This document shows, piece after piece, positions 61,262 through 64,000 of a stretch of DNA of 64,000 nt. Source of the stretch: Lachnospiraceae bacterium (GTDB lineage: Bacteria; Bacillota; Clostridia; Lachnospirales; Lachnospiraceae); assembly GCA_030526245.1 (NCBI GenBank), contig JAUNDD010000002.1, positions 35,972 to 99,971 on the forward strand, given 5' to 3'. The notes beneath the pieces were generated by a model, which was given only the letters and a program-made list of their open reading frames with translations, had not been told where the DNA came from and searched no databases. The translations under genes were made by a program, and so were the position numbers. Within the stretch, counting starts at the first letter, position 1. Every line of letters starts with the position of its first letter.

Positions 61262-63156
61262 CGAAAAAGATGAAAAAGCAGCCCGCCTCCGGAGCGGGCT
61301 CCATGCAGACGCTGAAAAAGGTGCTGGGAATGCTGGGGCGTTATCGCCTCTATCTGCTGATGAGCATTGTACTGGCCACGGCCTCGGTCATCCTGCAGCT
61401 GTATGTGCCGATCCTGTTTGGCGATGCCATCGACGGGATCATCGGCAGCGGCCGGGTGAATTTTGCACTGGTGTCGACCTATGCACTGCGGATCCTGATC
61501 CTGGTGCTGAGCTCTGCGGCAGCCACCTGGATCATGAACATGATCAATAACCGGATGACCTACCGGGTGGTTCAGGATGTCCGGAGCCGGGCCCTGCATC
61601 ACATCCAGACGCTGCCCCTGTCCTATCTGGACGCCCACAGCGCCGGCGATATTGTCAGCCGGGTCATTGCGGATGCGGACCAGCTTTCGGATGGACTGCT
61701 GCTGGGCTTTACCCAGCTCTTTACCGGTGTGATCACCATCGTGATGACGCTGATCTTTATGCTCAGCAAGAACATCCCCATCACACTGATGGTGGTGCTG
61801 CTGACACCCTTAAGCTTTTTTGTGGCCCGGTTTATCTCCACCCACACCTTTAACTACTTTTCGGAGCAGTCCAAAGCCCGGGGTGAACAGACCGGCCTGA
61901 TCGAAGAGATGATCGGCAACGCCAAGGTCGTAAAGGCCTTCGGCTACGAAAAAAAGGCCAGCGCGCGGTTCGCAGATGTGAACGCAAGGCTGGAACAGGC
62001 CGGACGCAAGGCGGTGTTTTATTCCAGCCTGACCAATCCCTGTACCCGTTTCGTCAACAACGTGATCTATGCGGCGGTGGCGCTGGTGGGAGCCTTTGTG
62101 ATCCTGGCCGGGCACCTGAGCGTCGGCGGTCTGTCCGTGCTTCTCAGCTATGCCAGCCAGTATACCAAGCCCTTTAATGACATCAGTTCGGTGGTAACGG
62201 AGCTGCAGAATGCGCTGGCCTGTGCTCAGCGGCTCTTTGCTCTGATCGAGGAAAAGCCGGAGCCGGCTGCGGTGGAGTGTGATGGTGACATGGAAGAGAG
62301 CCGGGAAAAAGCCTGCACAGATAAAGGAAACGCAGGTGGAACGACGGAAGCGGAAGGTGGACATTCGCTTGCTCTGAGCAGAAAGGATGGAAAAGAAACA
62401 GCGAGGGATCCGCTGCCGGAGAGAGAAGCGGCGGGCTGCGTCGAGCTTGATCATGTCTGCTTCAGCTATGTGAAGGACCGGAAGCTGATCGAGGACTATT
62501 CTCTGTGCATCCGGCCGGGTATGCATGCCGCCATCGTCGGCCCCACCGGCTGCGGCAAGACCACGCTGATCAATCTGCTGATGCGCTTTTACGATGTGGA
62601 CAGCGGTGACATCCGGATCGATGGCCGCAGCATCTATGAGATGAGCCGGCATGAGCTGCGCAGTCAGTACGGCATGGTGCTCCAGGATACCTGGATCCGA
62701 AGCGGAACGGTGCGGGATAACATTACACTGGGCCGGACGGATGTGACGGATGAAGAGATCATCGCGGCCGCGAAGGAGGCCCACAGCTGGAGCTTTATCC
62801 GCCGTCTTCCCAAGCGGCTGGATACGGTGCTGACCGAGGACAGCTTAAGCCAGGGACAGAAGCAGCTGCTGTGCATCACCCGGGTGATGCTCTCCAAGCC
62901 GCCGATGCTGATCCTGGATGAAGCCACCTCCAGTATCGATACCAGAACAGAGCTGCGGATTCAGAAGGCCTTCGACCGGCTGATGGAAGGCCGGACCAGC
63001 TTTGTGGTGGCGCACCGTCTGTCCACGATCCGTAGTGCGGACGTGATCCTGGTGATGAAGGATGGACGGATCATTGAGCAGGGAAGCCACGAAGAGCTGA
63101 TGGAGCAGAATGGCTTCTATACCAGGCTCTATAACAGCCAGTTTGCACAGGGGTGA
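61255..63156 (+). CDS. ABC transporter ATP-binding/permease protein (type I exporter half-transporter, subunit B)
   Basis: 633 aa. ATGCTGA overlap with subunit A. Walker A GPTGCGKTT, signature LSQGQKQL and Walker B MLILDE. A ~70-aa charged insert lies between the TMD and NBD. Confidence 0.85.
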   Translation: MLTKKMKKQPASGAGSMQTLKKVLGMLGRYRLYLLMSIVLATASVILQLYVPILFGDAIDGIIGSGRVNFALVSTYALRILILVLSSAAATWIMNMINNRMTYRVVQDVRSRALHHIQTLPLSYLDAHSAGDIVSRVIADADQLSDGLLLGFTQLFTGVITIVMTLIFMLSKNIPITLMVVLLTPLSFFVARFISTHTFNYFSEQSKARGEQTGLIEEMIGNAKVVKAFGYEKKASARFADVNARLEQAGRKAVFYSSLTNPCTRFVNNVIYAAVALVGAFVILAGHLSVGGLSVLLSYASQYTKPFNDISSVVTELQNALACAQRLFALIEEKPEPAAVECDGDMEESREKACTDKGNAGGTTEAEGGHSLALSRKDGKETARDPLPEREAAGCVELDHVCFSYVKDRKLIEDYSLCIRPGMHAAIVGPTGCGKTTLINLLMRFYDVDSGDIRIDGRSIYEMSRHELRSQYGMVLQDTWIRSGTVRDNITLGRTDVTDEEIIAAAKEAHSWSFIRRLPKRLDTVLTEDSLSQGQKQLLCITRVMLSKPPMLILDEATSSIDTRTELRIQKAFDRLMEGRTSFVVAHRLSTIRSADVILVMKDGRIIEQGSHEELMEQNGFYTRLYNSQFAQG

Positions 63157-63163
63157 GGAGTAC

Positions 63164-63937
63164 ATGGAAATTCGTGAGATTTTGACAGGTCTGCAGCAGG
63201 GAACCGTCCCCCTTGAGGAGGCGGAGCAGCTGCTGAAGGACCTGTCCTATGAGGAAATGGGATATGCGAAGCTGGATCATCACCGACAGAAGCGTACCGG
63301 CTTTGGCGAGGTGATCTACTGTGAAGGAAAGAGCCTGGAGCATCTGCAGCAGATCTATCTTCATTTTTCGGAAAAGACCGGCCAGGTGCTGGGAACCAGA
63401 GCCAGCCGGCAGCAGGCAGAGGCTGTGCAGGAGGTGCTGCCTCAGGTCAGGTACGATGCACTCTCCCGCACCCTGCTGTTGCAGAAGGAGGATGTAAAGG
63501 CACAGGAGAGGATCGGAAAGATCACAGTCTGCACCGGAGGTACCTCGGATATTCCGGTGGCGGAGGAGGCGGCCATCACAGCGGAATACTTTGGAAGCCG
63601 GGTGACCCGGCTCTATGATGTAGGCGTGGCCGGCATTCACCGGCTGTTATCCAATACGGATAAGCTCCGGGGCAGCAGCTGCGTCATCGCGGTAGCCGGG
63701 ATGGAGGGCGCGCTGCCGGGAGTGGTAGCCGGACTCTGCGATGTGCCGGTGATTGCCGTGCCTACTTCGGTGGGATACGGAGCACACTTTGGCGGACTGT
63801 CGCCGCTGCTGACGATGCTTAATTCCTGCGCGGAGGGAATCGCCGTGGTGAATATCGACAACGGATTTGGGGCCGGGTATATGGCCACGCAGATCAATCG
63901 GCTGGCGGTGAAGGGCAGCACGCACGTGGAAGTATGA
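63164..63937 (+). CDS. larB: nickel pincer cofactor biosynthesis protein LarB (PurE-like carboxylase/hydrolase)
   Basis: AKLDHHRQKRTGFGEVIYCEGKS followed by a PurE-like fold (ITVCTGGTSDIPVAEEA, IAVAGMEGALPGVVAG, IAVPTSVGYG). Confidence 0.8.
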   Translation: MEIREILTGLQQGTVPLEEAEQLLKDLSYEEMGYAKLDHHRQKRTGFGEVIYCEGKSLEHLQQIYLHFSEKTGQVLGTRASRQQAEAVQEVLPQVRYDALSRTLLLQKEDVKAQERIGKITVCTGGTSDIPVAEEAAITAEYFGSRVTRLYDVGVAGIHRLLSNTDKLRGSSCVIAVAGMEGALPGVVAGLCDVPVIAVPTSVGYGAHFGGLSPLLTMLNSCAEGIAVVNIDNGFGAGYMATQINRLAVKGSTHVEV

Positions 63938-63953
63938 TACCGGGCGTGTCAAT

Positions 63954-64000
63954 AAGACACAGTATGGCTTACATGCAGGCATGATGCCATACTGTGTCTT
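63954..64000 (+). terminator. 15-bp perfect hairpin, probable terminator of larB (truncated by the window end)
   Basis: AAGACACAGTATGGC...GCCATACTGTGTCTT. The downstream T-run cannot be seen. Confidence 0.5.

Overview
Chromosomal segment of a moderately GC-rich Firmicute. Gene content suggests Clostridia or Lachnospiraceae (spore-type GH18 hydrolase, reverse rubrerythrin, CW_binding-type repeats, the holB-ricT-rsmI block), but this assignment is inference. Almost all of the window is coding, and most of it is housekeeping or cell-envelope related.

Gene content, in order:
- GH18 wall hydrolase
- Fur-family regulator, reverse rubrerythrin and rubredoxin operon
- DASS, AI-2E and NSS transporters, with a LysR regulator
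- tRNA-Lys(CUU)
- two NlpC/P60 wall hydrolases
- trmB and a phosphohexomutase
- an orphan MotA-like/MotB-like pair with long coiled coils
- holB, ricT, a tRNA m6A methyltransferase and rsmI
- a ribitol-phosphate wall teichoic acid cluster: tarI, tarJ, three TagF-like paralogs, a guanylate-kinase-like gene and two LtaS-like enzymes
- an HNH endonuclease with a ~560-aa repetitive disordered region
- aminotransferase and htrA
- tagG plus an in-frame tagH-glf fusion
- a TAXI-TRAP transporter
- two tandem cell-wall-binding SGNH hydrolase paralogs
- nth, a HerA-like DUF853 ATPase, a heterodimeric ABC exporter and larB

No rRNA, CRISPR array, transposase, integrase or prophage genes were seen.

The most interesting signals are:
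1. The orphan stator-like (ZorA/ZorB-like core) MotA/MotB pair, with no flagellar or effector context.
2. A family of MITE/REP-like elements with GTTACAGTTCA terminal inverted repeats. One 142-bp copy is flanked by an 8-bp target-site duplication. 27-28-bp solo palindromes of the same family bracket the HNH gene.
3. The TagH ABC-ATPase fused to UDP-galactopyranose mutase.
4. Three perfect and one near-perfect DnaA boxes within 75 bp, away from any dnaA gene.
5. Many short perfect tandem duplications and low-complexity protein extensions.

All calls rest on reading the sequence and the ORF track by eye. No database searches or folding calculations were run.
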